Position numbers and translations under genes: made by a program. Below the pieces are notes generated by a model. It made no database searches and was not told where the DNA came from. It saw only the letters and a program-made list of their open reading frames with translations. Positions 35,122-44,139 of a stretch of 64,000 nucleotides of DNA are shown piece by piece. Origin of the DNA: an uncultured Bacteroidaceae bacterium (lineage in GTDB: Bacteria; Bacillota; Clostridia; Christensenellales; CAG-917); assembly GCA_964599875.1 (NCBI GenBank), contig CAZRHE010000007.1, positions 3,536-67,535 on the forward strand, in the 5' to 3' direction. Position 1 is the first letter of the stretch. Every line of letters begins with the position of its first letter.

Positions 35122-36544
35122 TGGGAACCTCCTTTACGGGATAACGCGCGATATAACTGTCCCCGAAACCTTTTCTGATTTCAGTTATAGGTTTGTTGAG
35201 TTCGCGAGCGAGGATTTCCATAACTCTCGGAGCGCAGAAACCGCCTTGACAACGGCCCATGCCTGCGCGCACGCGACGTTTAACTGCGTCTACCGTGGTT
35301 GCGGGAAGCGGAGAGTGAATTGCGGATACGATTTCCGCCTCGGTCACCTTTTCGCAACGGCAAACTATTCTACCCCACGCGGGATCTTCCGCTATAAGTG
35401 CGTTGAGTTCGTCTTCGTTAAGGTCGTGAAGGCGTTTATGTTTGGGCATATTCACGACGAGATTTTCTTTGAGTTTCGCATCCGTTTGTTCGAGATAAAT
35501 TTCCTCGATATACTCCGCGATTGCGGGTGCGGAGGAAAGTCCCGGCGAGCAAATTCCGATTGCCATAATAAAATCGGGAACGAGTGCGGATTTTCCGATG
35601 ACGAAGTCGTGTCCGATTACCGTGCGCACGCCTGCGTATATACGTATGCATTTGCGATACGCGGGGGCTTTATAGGTAAGCGCCACGTTTTTGCGGATTT
35701 CGTCCAGTCCGTCGAGAGTGACCGCCGTATCTCCGTTTTCTGTCGGAATTGAAGTGGGACCGTAAATCACGTTACCGTCCGCGGTGGGTGCGACCAATAT
35801 GCCCTTTCCTGCCGCCGTGGGCAACGGGAATATAACGGTGTTGACGTTTTTGTTTTCAGCATTGTCAAGGACGAAATAGTCCCCTCTGCGATATTCGGTG
35901 TCGTAATGCTCCGCGCCCGCCATATCCGCGATTTGTGCGCCGTTTGCGCCCGCGCAATTTACGACGTGCTTTGCAAAGTACGTACCCTTCGTTGTTTCAA
36001 CTTTCCAAGAATTATTTTCGCGAGAAAGTGCGACGACTTCCGCCTCTGTCTTGATTTCTCCGCCGTTTAGTATACCTCTGTCCGCAAGCGCTATTGCAAA
36101 TTGATACGGGGAAATTATACCCGCCTCGGGTGCATAGAGCGAGTATTCGATATTGTCCGACACGTTAGGCTCGAACGCGACGGTTTGTTCGCGGTTGAAG
36201 ATTTCGACCTTGACGCCGTTTGCGACGCCTTTGTCGTATAGTTTTTTCAATCCATCCAACCCCTCTTTCGGTGCGACGACCAAAGAGCCGCACTTTTTTG
36301 CGGGGATGTCGAGTTCCTCGACGAGTTTCCACGTGAGAGCGTTTCCGCGGACGTTAAAGCGTGCTTTGAGCGTACCGGGATCGCAATCGTAACCTGCGTG
36401 GACGATTCCGCTGTTTGCGCGCGTCGCTCCGAACGCGACGTCGTCCGCGCTTTCTAACAACAAAACGGATTTGTCGTATCTTGCAAGCCTATCGAGCACT
36501 GCAGTTCCGACAATTCCGCCTCCGATGATGATTATATCGTACAT
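35114..36544 (-). CDS. FAD-dependent oxidoreductase (glycerol-3-phosphate/2-hydroxyglutarate dehydrogenase-like) with a BFD-like [2Fe-2S] domain
   Basis: 476 aa with N-terminal YDIIIIGGGIVG and C-terminal CRCEKVTEAEI..GRCQGGFC motifs. Confidence 0.75.
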   Translation of the reverse strand: MYDIIIIGGGIVGTAVLDRLARYDKSVLLLESADDVAFGATRANSGIVHAGYDCDPGTLKARFNVRGNALTWKLVEELDIPAKKCGSLVVAPKEGLDGLKKLYDKGVANGVKVEIFNREQTVAFEPNVSDNIEYSLYAPEAGIISPYQFAIALADRGILNGGEIKTEAEVVALSRENNSWKVETTKGTYFAKHVVNCAGANGAQIADMAGAEHYDTEYRRGDYFVLDNAENKNVNTVIFPLPTAAGKGILVAPTADGNVIYGPTSIPTENGDTAVTLDGLDEIRKNVALTYKAPAYRKCIRIYAGVRTVIGHDFVIGKSALVPDFIMAIGICSPGLSSAPAIAEYIEEIYLEQTDAKLKENLVVNMPKHKRLHDLNEDELNALIAEDPAWGRIVCRCEKVTEAEIVSAIHSPLPATTVDAVKRRVRAGMGRCQGGFCAPRVMEILARELNKPITEIRKGFGDSYIARYPVKEVPND

Positions 36545-36577
36545 AAAATCCTCTCCGACTTTATTTTCGTTCGTATA

Positions 36578-37114
36578 TTACTTGACGTTGAATTTTTTGC
36601 GATATTGATGAATGTTGTCCTTGATTATCAATTCCGCAAAAGCACGGTCTTTCACCTGAAATACGGTGGTTTGCTTTTCTTCGAGTTGCTTATACACTCT
36701 GAAGAAGTGGGACATCTCCTGCATAATGTGCGGAGGAAGTTCCTCGATATTCTTGTAGATGTTCCAGTTGGGGTCGCTGAACGGAATCGCAACGATTTTG
36801 TAGTCCATATCTCCGCCGTCCTGCATCATGATGACGCCAATGGGATAGCAACGCACCATTGCCATAGGAACGATAGCCTCAGAACAAAGCACGAGGACGT
36901 CGAGCGGGTCATTGTCGTCCGAGTACGTGCGAGGGATAAATCCGTAGTTCGCGGGATAGTGAGTGGAAGTGTGAAGAACGCGATCGAGAATGAGTACGCC
37001 GGTTTCCTTGTCGAGTTCGTACTTATTCTTTCCGCCCTTTGAAATTTCGATTACAGCCAGAAAATCCGTCGGAGTGATACGGGACGGATCTACGTCGTGC
37101 CAAATACTGCTCAT
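36578..37114 (-). CDS. ppa: inorganic pyrophosphatase (family I)
   Basis: 178 aa with YPANYGFIPRT and DGDPLDVLVL-type (DNDPLDVLVL) motifs. Confidence 0.9.
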   Translation of the reverse strand: MSSIWHDVDPSRITPTDFLAVIEISKGGKNKYELDKETGVLILDRVLHTSTHYPANYGFIPRTYSDDNDPLDVLVLCSEAIVPMAMVRCYPIGVIMMQDGGDMDYKIVAIPFSDPNWNIYKNIEELPPHIMQEMSHFFRVYKQLEEKQTTVFQVKDRAFAELIIKDNIHQYRKKFNVK

Positions 37115-37161
37115 ATTTCATCTCCATGTTAAATCTATATTAAGATTATAGATTTATATAT

Positions 37162-37192
37162 AAAAAAAGTCAACCCCGCGGGATTGACTTTT
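37162..37192 (-). terminator. rho-independent terminator
   Basis: Minus strand reads AAAGTCAATCCC-GCGG-GGTTGACTTTTTTT. Confidence 0.8.
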
Positions 37193-37201
37193 CATATTTG
37201 C

Positions 37202-38581
37202 TTATTTGAAGTTTTTGATGAACTCTTTGAAGAACACCGTGCCTTCCACAAGGGATACGATTCCGATATTCTCGTTGGACGCGTGCATGGACGCGAGTTG
37301 TTGCGGGCTCAGTCTGCAAGGAGTGCAACGGATTGCGCAAGGCACTATCTTTTGCATACGTCTGCAGTCCGTGCCGCCGAACATAAGATAAGGCGAAATA
37401 CCGATATCGGGGAACAAGCGCGCGAGGGTTTCGGTGTAAAGTTTGTAGCCCTCGGATTCGGTGTCCACGACCGCGCTGTGTTCACGTGCCATAAGCACTT
37501 CGGTTTCGATATCGTACTTCTCCGCTATCGCTTTGACCTTGTTGATTGCATATTCGCTGGTGTCGCCGGGTGCAAGACGCAAGTTTGCGACTACCCATGC
37601 GGTTTCGGGAATGACGTTAGGCGCGGATGAGCCTTCGGACATGGTGAAAGTCATGGTCGTGCCGAGAAGTGCGCGTCCGAAAGGAGTGACTTTGGGAAGT
37701 CCCGCTACGATGACGGGAGACAACGCCTTTGCGTGTTTCGTGATGAAACGGAGTGCGCCCGTAAGTCCCGAAGACATGCCGTTCAGCATTGCGAGTGCGG
37801 GAGCGGTCATTTGTTGCTTAAATACGTTGTGGGTTTCGCAATAGTTCACGAATGCGGAAAGTCTTGCGATAGGAGTATTCTTCGGAGGAGAAGAACTGTG
37901 TCCGCCCTTGCTTCTTGCGATAAATTTGATATCGCAATATCCTTTTTCTACTATGCCGACCATTGCAAACGGTTTGGTCATTCCGGGGAACGCCTCTTCT
38001 ACGATTGCACCGCCCTCGTCGATTGCAACTGCGGGATGCACGTCGTGTTGCTTGAACCATTCGACCGCATACGCCGCGCCGGGACCGCCTGTTTCTTCGT
38101 TATCCGAATAAGAAAGATAGACGTCTTGTTCGGGGACGAATCCGCTTTCGAGAAGTTCTTCCACCGCGTTAATGGTGATAAAGAGAGTGTTTTTGCAATC
38201 CATCGCGCCTCTGCCCCAAACGCAATCTTCCGCTATCGTACCCGAGAACGGTTCGTATTTCCAATCTCCGCCCACTGCGGGGACGACGTCTTGGTGCGCC
38301 ATAAGCACTATGGGACGGGAAGACGCTTTGCCTTTCCATTTGAGAAGAATCGCGCGGGATTCGACGTCCTTTGCGGGATCGACTTTCTTGCCCTCGTCGT
38401 CAACTATACCCTTGATTTCGCGTGCGGGAAAATGCACTTCGAGGTTTTTGAATACGAGAGGAAATTCCGCTTTGAGGACTTCTTGAAATTCGTCGAAATA
38501 CTTCGCTCCGCTTTCAGTCACGGTCGCGCACTGAAGCATACGAGAAAAAGTTTCGGCGCATTGTTGTCTGTTTTTCGCCAT
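37202..38581 (-). CDS. M20-family metallopeptidase
   Basis: 459 aa with LMAHQDVVPA and the DNEETGG metal-ligand motif. Confidence 0.8.
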   Translation of the reverse strand: MAKNRQQCAETFSRMLQCATVTESGAKYFDEFQEVLKAEFPLVFKNLEVHFPAREIKGIVDDEGKKVDPAKDVESRAILLKWKGKASSRPIVLMAHQDVVPAVGGDWKYEPFSGTIAEDCVWGRGAMDCKNTLFITINAVEELLESGFVPEQDVYLSYSDNEETGGPGAAYAVEWFKQHDVHPAVAIDEGGAIVEEAFPGMTKPFAMVGIVEKGYCDIKFIARSKGGHSSSPPKNTPIARLSAFVNYCETHNVFKQQMTAPALAMLNGMSSGLTGALRFITKHAKALSPVIVAGLPKVTPFGRALLGTTMTFTMSEGSSAPNVIPETAWVVANLRLAPGDTSEYAINKVKAIAEKYDIETEVLMAREHSAVVDTESEGYKLYTETLARLFPDIGISPYLMFGGTDCRRMQKIVPCAIRCTPCRLSPQQLASMHASNENIGIVSLVEGTVFFKEFIKNFK

Positions 38582-38693
38582 GAGTTTGCCTCCAAATTAT
38601 GATTACTATATAATTATAAACTCGGACTTATCCGTTGTCAACACGCAAAACGACGGATTACGATGCCGTTTCGTCGGATAAACCGTGTTTTCG

Positions 38694-39968
38694 TCACTTT
38701 TTAGCGGTTATAAACAGGACGCCGAGCATTATGAAAATCTCTCCGTCCATATATCTGCGCTTGTTTTCGTCGTGTTGCGCGGTGTAAGGCGCAATCTTTT
38801 GAAACGCGCGTTTCTCGGAAAAATAGTCCGCCGTGGGCACAGCCCAAAGATAAGGATTGAAATATAAATCCCAAAGCACCTCTCTCATCTCTCCGCCGAA
38901 GTCGGTTGAGGCTATCGTCGAGCGGTTTATATCGATGTTTGAAAATCCTGCGCCCTTCAGCAAGGACGGAAGTTTTCTGCCCATAGCGCGGTCGCCCGAT
39001 TCAAGGGATTTCGACCATATGTAGAAACAATCGTCGAAAAATTCCGAGTTAGGATAGACGACGTTGAGTCCGTCGTCCTCGTCCACGATAAACAGCACGC
39101 CGTTATCCGACAAATGCTCGCGTAAGATTTTCAACACGGTAGACTGATTTTTGATATGCAGGAAAACCGCGGATACGTGTATGAAATCAAACGCTTCTCT
39201 GCCCACCGATTTAAGATAATCGTCGAGGACTTCGCTAAAACTATCCGCCGTGATATCAGCATAAAGGAAAGTCATCCTTTCGTCGCCGTAGACTTCGTTT
39301 GCTCTTGCGATTTTCTTTTCGTCCTTATCGACGCCCAAGATATGCGCGCAATCCTTTTCTCCAAGCCTTAAAATCGTATTCGCACCGTCCGAGCAGCCTA
39401 CGTCAAGGGCGCAAACGTCGGATAGATTTTCGAACGCCTCGTCTATAAATTCGCTTGCATAGCGGTTGTAGAAAGCGTTTTGAATGGCAAGACGACGTGT
39501 TTCCTCGTCCGTTTCCGCAGAATAAATGCTGTCCGCATCCACGTCGGGCACTATGTCGAGTTGGTCTAAAATCTTGTCGATCAGTGCGTCTTCGTCTTCG
39601 AAATCCTTTTCGAACAATTCGTTGAACATCCCGAGAAACATATCGAGGCTGTCGAGTTCGTCGCACTCTTCGACGTTCTCTATGAAAACGGGCAAAATTT
39701 TGTAATCTTTCACCTTGTTGTAGTGCTTAAACGCAATCGCGATTTCGCTTTTGACATACATCGAACGCACGCTCGCTTCGGATAAAAACACCACGAACGC
39801 ACCGCAATTCTTTATTCCGTGCGAAATCTCCGCCGCAAACTCCTGCTTGCTGTCGTTGAGTTGGAACCAGCACGTAACGCCTTGCGCCGTGATTTTGTTG
39901 ACGATAGACGAAACCTTTTCTTTATTCGCCTTCGAATACGAAATGAAGATATCCTTTTCTTTAGGCAT
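38694..39968 (-). CDS. TIR domain fused to a class I SAM-dependent methyltransferase domain
   Basis: The N-terminus DIFISYSKANKEKVSSIVNKITAQGVTCWF..AFVVFLSEASVRSMYVKSEIAIAF looks like a TIR_2-type domain with a conserved Glu. The C-terminal half has SAM motif I (ALDVGCSDGANT) and LGVDKDEKKI..DFIHVSAVFLHI. AGAGGG RBS. Confidence 0.8.
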   Translation of the reverse strand: MPKEKDIFISYSKANKEKVSSIVNKITAQGVTCWFQLNDSKQEFAAEISHGIKNCGAFVVFLSEASVRSMYVKSEIAIAFKHYNKVKDYKILPVFIENVEECDELDSLDMFLGMFNELFEKDFEDEDALIDKILDQLDIVPDVDADSIYSAETDEETRRLAIQNAFYNRYASEFIDEAFENLSDVCALDVGCSDGANTILRLGEKDCAHILGVDKDEKKIARANEVYGDERMTFLYADITADSFSEVLDDYLKSVGREAFDFIHVSAVFLHIKNQSTVLKILREHLSDNGVLFIVDEDDGLNVVYPNSEFFDDCFYIWSKSLESGDRAMGRKLPSLLKGAGFSNIDINRSTIASTDFGGEMREVLWDLYFNPYLWAVPTADYFSEKRAFQKIAPYTAQHDENKRRYMDGEIFIMLGVLFITAKK

Positions 39969-40144
39969 AATATCCCTCTTTAATATATTGAAACCATTAT
40001 AACACGTATGCGCGCATAAAGCAATAACGGCTTATCCCAACCCGTAAATTTTCATAGAAAATCGGATGAATTCACCCGTTCTACCGTCGGTGGATTTACA
40101 GATTGCGATTTCGGGGTTATAATTTTCTCAATCGGAGGTGAAAT

Positions 40145-41137
40145 ATGAATTTGCAAAACACGGGCAAAATGATTGCCGACGCAAGAAAAAATCTCGGGCT
40201 TACCCAAAATCAACTCGGAGAAAAACTCGGCGTTACGGGCAAGGCGGTTTCGAAATGGGAAAACGGTTATAGTTTCCCCGGCGTCGAAATTCTCCCCGCC
40301 CTCGGCAAAGAATTGAATATTCCAATTGCAGACCTCGTCACAGGGGAAAACGACGCTCCCGTCAACGAAAAAGTCGTGGACGAAATCGTCGAGACGTCGG
40401 CGGGACAAAGCAAAAAAAAGAAGAAACTCTATCTTGCTATCACACTCCCCGTCGTCGCGGTATTGATACTCGCAATCGTGACGCTCTCCTTTTATTTCTA
40501 TTTCTCCCTCATCCCGTCGGACACGTACAAAGCGTCTTCGTTTTCCCTGACCGCTTTCGGCTCCGACGTCGCGCTCACCGCAAACGTCAAATGCCGTGTA
40601 GGCGTCGAAGAGGCTTTCGGAGATACGGGAAAGATTATTTACACTCGCGAAAAAAGTTTTTACGACTTCATAAGCAAGGTGCGCGAAGACGCCGTGGCAC
40701 GAGGTTTTTCATATGATTTGACGGACAACGTCTTCTCGAAAGCGAATGAAAACGGCACGACGGATTATTTCTATTTCAAGCCGATAGATTTCAATCGAAA
40801 AGTGACCGTACTTGCAACTCCGCTTATCGCAAAAGTATACAAGGATGCAAAAAACACTGAAAACGCAACCGCAATTCTCTTCCCTCTTCACCTTGTTTCA
40901 GACCCGACGTATTTCAGCGCGCACGCATATATCCCAGAAGGTGCGGAAATCTCAATCTCGGCGACTTTCGACGACGTAACGAGTTTCTACGAAAACAGCG
41001 GATATTTCACCGTGACCACGGACGCGGAAAACAAAACCGCAATTCTTGAAACGAACGACAAGTGCAAAGTTGAGGCAACGTTTTCTTTCTCAATCGTCAA
41101 CCACAGCGGAATTAACTATATCAAAATCAATTTGTAA
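40145..41137 (+). CDS. membrane-tethered XRE-family HTH protein with an unknown extracytoplasmic domain
   Basis: N-terminal HTH (ARKNLGLTQNQLGEKLGVTGKAVSKWENGYSFP), a KKKKK stop-transfer signal plus one TM helix (LYLAITLPVVAVLILAIVTL), then about 220 aa of unknown sequence. GGAGGTG RBS. Confidence 0.75.
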   Translation: MNLQNTGKMIADARKNLGLTQNQLGEKLGVTGKAVSKWENGYSFPGVEILPALGKELNIPIADLVTGENDAPVNEKVVDEIVETSAGQSKKKKKLYLAITLPVVAVLILAIVTLSFYFYFSLIPSDTYKASSFSLTAFGSDVALTANVKCRVGVEEAFGDTGKIIYTREKSFYDFISKVREDAVARGFSYDLTDNVFSKANENGTTDYFYFKPIDFNRKVTVLATPLIAKVYKDAKNTENATAILFPLHLVSDPTYFSAHAYIPEGAEISISATFDDVTSFYENSGYFTVTTDAENKTAILETNDKCKVEATFSFSIVNHSGINYIKINL

Positions 41138-41311
41138 ACAATTTCGCCGTCGCAATCGTGGCGGCGTTTTTCTATTTAATTTAATCAAATATTTTCAAAA
41201 CTATTGAATTTCAAACGGCTTGTGCTACAATATTCTACGTAAAGAACCTCGCTGTTCTTATATCGAAATTATTCGCATCCGTTGCGAAATAAAATATTTT
41301 GGAGGCAACTT

Positions 41312-41899
41312 ATGGCAAAAAAAGCCGTTAAAGCAACAACAGGCGGTTCGGCAACCGCATCCGCAAAAAGATCTCCTCTCTCAAACATGGCGGTCAGACT
41401 TTTCGGCGCTATCCTCGCATTCGTCGGTATCCTTCTCGTAGTCACCAAAAGAGCGGTGCCCGATATGGCTGTGACGGTGGCGGCAGTATTCTTCGTCGTG
41501 GCAGGTTTCTTCCTTGCCGTCAGCAACTTTAAAAAACTGATTGCAGGCGGAAAAGTCGCGAATGAAGTCATCATCTACTTCTTGTTCGGTATTCTGCTTA
41601 TGGTCGCGGGAATATTGCTACTCGTGTTCAAATCCGACGTCGTCAAGTGGTTTATCGTGCTCCTCGGCGCACTCATCGCCGCATATGCACTCGCAATCCT
41701 TATCCGCTTCATCATCCACCCCAGAGGCAAAAGCCTTATGGTCATAGATATTATTCTTGCGGTTATGGCAATGATAGTCGGCATCCTCATCGCCCTGCTC
41801 TACGTCCCCGAAATCGCAAGCGCGGAGAGCGGTGTTTGCTACTATATCTTCGGCTCCCTCGCAATCGCCGTCGGCGCCTGCGACCTCGTGCTGTACTAA
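41312..41899 (+). CDS. small multi-pass membrane protein (possibly DUF308/HdeD-like)
   Basis: About 195 aa with 5-6 hydrophobic helices. ATG 41312 follows GGAGG. Confidence 0.55.
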   Translation: MAKKAVKATTGGSATASAKRSPLSNMAVRLFGAILAFVGILLVVTKRAVPDMAVTVAAVFFVVAGFFLAVSNFKKLIAGGKVANEVIIYFLFGILLMVAGILLLVFKSDVVKWFIVLLGALIAAYALAILIRFIIHPRGKSLMVIDIILAVMAMIVGILIALLYVPEIASAESGVCYYIFGSLAIAVGACDLVLY

Positions 41900-41920
41900 A
41901 CCACTACTAATTGATTCTAC

Positions 41921-41953
41921 AAAAAAACTCGGAACAATTTCCGAGTTTTTTTT
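41921..41953. terminator. bidirectional rho-independent terminator
   Basis: AAAAAAA-CTCGGAA-CAAT-TTCCGAG-TTTTTTTT. Confidence 0.8.
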
Positions 41954-42307
41954 GATTGGTTTTATCTCTATTCGCGTTTTAAGAATTAAAAAATCCTGCC
42001 ATAGAAAATGTAACGTGAAAATCTCGCGGAAACATTCCGTCGTCGCTTTCGTTGAAAGCGAAATATAGTGTAGTGCTTGTATCCTAATCTATATCTCCCC
42101 TTTCCTCACGTGTTTACCCTATCGCCGTTCCCCCTAAAGGGACCCACGACGACCGCTTGCGCGGGGGACAACACTCGGTTTCGCGTTAAGTAACGTTCCT
42201 CGTTATGCCACTGCGCTTTGTGCGTGCCCGCTACGCGAACCCAATGCACGCAGTCGCTTGTACTTATACGACTTCGCTCAACACTCGAAGTTCTCGGCGC
42301 GTCGCGC

Positions 42308-42353
42308 CTCGTGTTCCGTCTTCGAACGAGAGAGTGCTTATATAGCACGCTCC
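42308..42353 (+). repeat. repeat module P1, copy A
   Basis: CTCGTGTTCCGTCTTCGAACGAGAGAGTGCTTATATAGCACGCTCC. A second copy lies at 56616-56662 in the same orientation: the first 23 nt are identical, and 13 more are identical after a 2-nt mismatch. Confidence 0.8.
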
Positions 42354-42380
42354 AAATAAACTGAACGCTAACACCTGCTT

Positions 42381-42429
42381 GTCATTCAGAGGAGCGCTGA
42401 GCACGACGAAGAATCTCCGGGAACGGCAC
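42381..42429 (+). repeat. repeat module P2, copy A
   Basis: GTCATTCAGAGGAGCGCTGAGCACGACGAAGAATCTCCGGGAACGGCAC is the reverse complement of 56271-56319. In the 56271-56319 orientation the first 27 nt match perfectly; mismatches are confined to the block that follows. Confidence 0.8.
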
Positions 42430-42718
42430 CTTATTCCACCAAAACGAAAATTTTGCGAAATACTGACTTGAGTTATAGATTATATTTGAATTGTAGCAAA
42501 AAATTTTCGTTGCGGAGAAGTTGCGTTGCTAGTGCCGTCAGAACGATTTTCTCAAAAAATCGCCGACGGCTTCGACGCATAAGCAACGTGGTGGTATTTC
42601 GCAACTCCGTTGCTCATTCCACCTACTGGCACTCGGAAGCAACCTTGCGCCCACGCTGTCGCGTTCGTTTGTTTTTTCACATCTTCGTCCCCTTTTGCAA
42701 GCAAAGGGACGAGATATG

Positions 42719-42752
42719 AAAAAACAACCCTACGGGTTACGCAAGGTTGTTT
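42719..42752 (-). terminator. rho-independent terminator after tRNA-Leu
   Basis: Minus strand reads ACAACCTTGCG-TAAC-CCGTAGGGTTGT followed by TTTTTT. Confidence 0.75.
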
Positions 42753-42759
42753 CCTCGTT

Positions 42760-42847
42760 TGGTGCCGGTGGTCGGACTCGAACCGACACGGATGATTAGT
42801 CCACAGGATTTTGAGTCCAGCGCGTCTGCCAGTTTCACCACACCGGC
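42760..42847 (-). tRNA. tRNA-Leu (anticodon CAA), CCA encoded
   Basis: Minus strand reads GCCGGTG..CTGGA-CTCAAAA-TCCTG..long variable arm..GTCGG-TTCGAGT-CCGAC-CACCGGC-A-CCA. The acceptor and T arms pair perfectly. The anticodon stem has one U-U mismatch. Confidence 0.85.
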
Positions 42848-42856
42848 GCAAGTGAT

Positions 42857-42885
42857 AATATATCACAAAGATGATTTCTATGCAA
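42857..42885 (-). promoter_or_regulatory. sigma-A type promoter for tRNA-Leu
   Basis: Minus strand reads TTGCAT, 17 nt, TATATT, with TGA immediately upstream of the -10. The -10 ends about 9 nt before the mature tRNA 5' end. Confidence 0.65.
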
Positions 42886-42892
42886 GTGTTTT

Positions 42893-43216
42893 TTAGTCGA
42901 TTCCTGCCTCGTCGAGCAGTTTATTATATTGTTCGAACACTTCCATAGCAGTTTCCTCGTCGGTTTCGAGCACGAGCATAGCCTCGTCCTCGTTGTCGTT
43001 AGGCACGACAAGGTGGAAAACTATGACTTCGTCGTCCGCAACGCCGTCGATTTCGTCGATAGGTTTCAGGATGACGTATATCTCGTCGTCGAGAGGGATA
43101 ATTGCGACTTGGTCGCATTCGTATTCTCTGCCGTTTTCATCGAAAATGAAAATAGGTTCTTGGTTTTGGTTGTTTTCGTCGAGCAAAATGTCGATAAGTT
43201 CTTTTCCGCTTGTCAT
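42893..43216 (-). CDS. DUF1292 domain-containing protein
   Basis: 107 aa, acidic. DENGREYECDQVAIIPLDDEIYVILKP.. is the typical DUF1292 pattern. GAGGTG RBS. Confidence 0.75.
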   Translation of the reverse strand: MTSGKELIDILLDENNQNQEPIFIFDENGREYECDQVAIIPLDDEIYVILKPIDEIDGVADDEVIVFHLVVPNDNEDEAMLVLETDEETAMEVFEQYNKLLDEAGID

Positions 43217-43227
43217 AATTCACCTCG

Positions 43228-44130
43228 TCAGAGCACGTACGGCGTGACCTGATACACGTAGTAGTTGAGCCAGTTGTAGAAAAGAAGATTCGCGGTGGAT
43301 TTCCACTTCATATCCACTATCCTCTTTTCTATATCCGAGAAGTAATGTTTGGGCGGATTTATATCCATCCCCTTATTCAAATCCCTCAAATATTCGCCGA
43401 GGAGAGTTTCTCTGTCGTACTCCGCGTGCCCCGTGAAGAAGAAGGATTTATTGTCGTGAGTTTTCGCGATACAAACGCCCGCCTCGTCGGACACGGCGAG
43501 CACTTTGACGTCCTTGCACTTATAAAGAGCGTCCTCGTCCACTCTCGTATGGCGGGAGTGAGGAATATAGAACGTATCGTCCATGCCTTTAAGCAGCAAA
43601 TCGTTTTCGACGACTGCTTTCGTGCCGAATACGCCGAACATTTTTTCGGGCAAATCCTGCTTGCCGATGCCGAATTGATAATAAAGCGACGCTTGCGCAC
43701 CCCAGCAAATGTAAATGGTGCTGGTCACGTTTTGCTTTGCAAAATCGATAACCTCGGTGAGTTCCTTCCAATACTTGACTTCCTCGAAAGGAATGGTTTC
43801 AACGGGTGCGCCCGTGACTATCATCCCGTCGAATTTTTTGTTTTTCGCCTGTTTAAGCGTGCAATAAAACCTACTCATATGGTCGTCGGACGCATGAGTC
43901 GAGCGATAACTTGCGGTATTAATCAACGTGATATTGACCTGCAACGGAGTGTTTGAAAGCAAGCGAATAAGTTGCGTTTCGGTGACTTCTTTCGTAGGCA
44001 TCAAATTGAGAATTGCAATTTCAATCGGGCGTATATCCTGCTCGACTGCACGCGCGCTGTCCATGACGAAAATCTTTTCGCCTGTAAGCACGTCGTGCGC
44101 GGGCAAATCTTTCGGGATGATAATGGGCAT
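43228..44130 (-). CDS. metA: homoserine O-acyltransferase (MetA family)
   Basis: 300 aa with N-terminus MPIIIPKDLPAHDVLTGEKIFVM and the ILNLMP motif. AAGGAG RBS. Confidence 0.9.
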   Translation of the reverse strand: MPIIIPKDLPAHDVLTGEKIFVMDSARAVEQDIRPIEIAILNLMPTKEVTETQLIRLLSNTPLQVNITLINTASYRSTHASDDHMSRFYCTLKQAKNKKFDGMIVTGAPVETIPFEEVKYWKELTEVIDFAKQNVTSTIYICWGAQASLYYQFGIGKQDLPEKMFGVFGTKAVVENDLLLKGMDDTFYIPHSRHTRVDEDALYKCKDVKVLAVSDEAGVCIAKTHDNKSFFFTGHAEYDRETLLGEYLRDLNKGMDINPPKHYFSDIEKRIVDMKWKSTANLLFYNWLNYYVYQVTPYVL

Positions 44131-44139
44131 ATCTACTCC

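Noticed and set aside
42095-42107. Minus-strand GAGGAAAGGGGAG, reminiscent of the RNase P RNA GAGGAAAGUCC box.
   Set aside because: It is not an exact match to the universally conserved P4 sequence, and I could not find the partner ACAGAA..CGGCUUA element. No other RNase P, tmRNA or SRP hallmark sequences were seen in the region.
42106-42348. 80-aa minus-strand ORF in the non-coding region, and its counterpart at 56214-56501 (95 aa).
   Set aside because: The translations are Arg/Ser/Thr-rich with no RBS, and they run across the shared repeat modules. I treat them as translations of repeat or ncRNA sequence, not as genes.
42588-42602. GTGGTGGTATTTCGC, which resembles the conserved T-box sequence (GGGTGGTACCGCG).
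   Set aside because: No plus-strand gene lies downstream; the next features are a minus-strand tRNA and the DUF1292 gene. No specifier-loop or Stem I features were found, and the GGTGG pairs locally with CCACC (42619-42623) in a simple hairpin. Only a covariance-model search could revive this idea.
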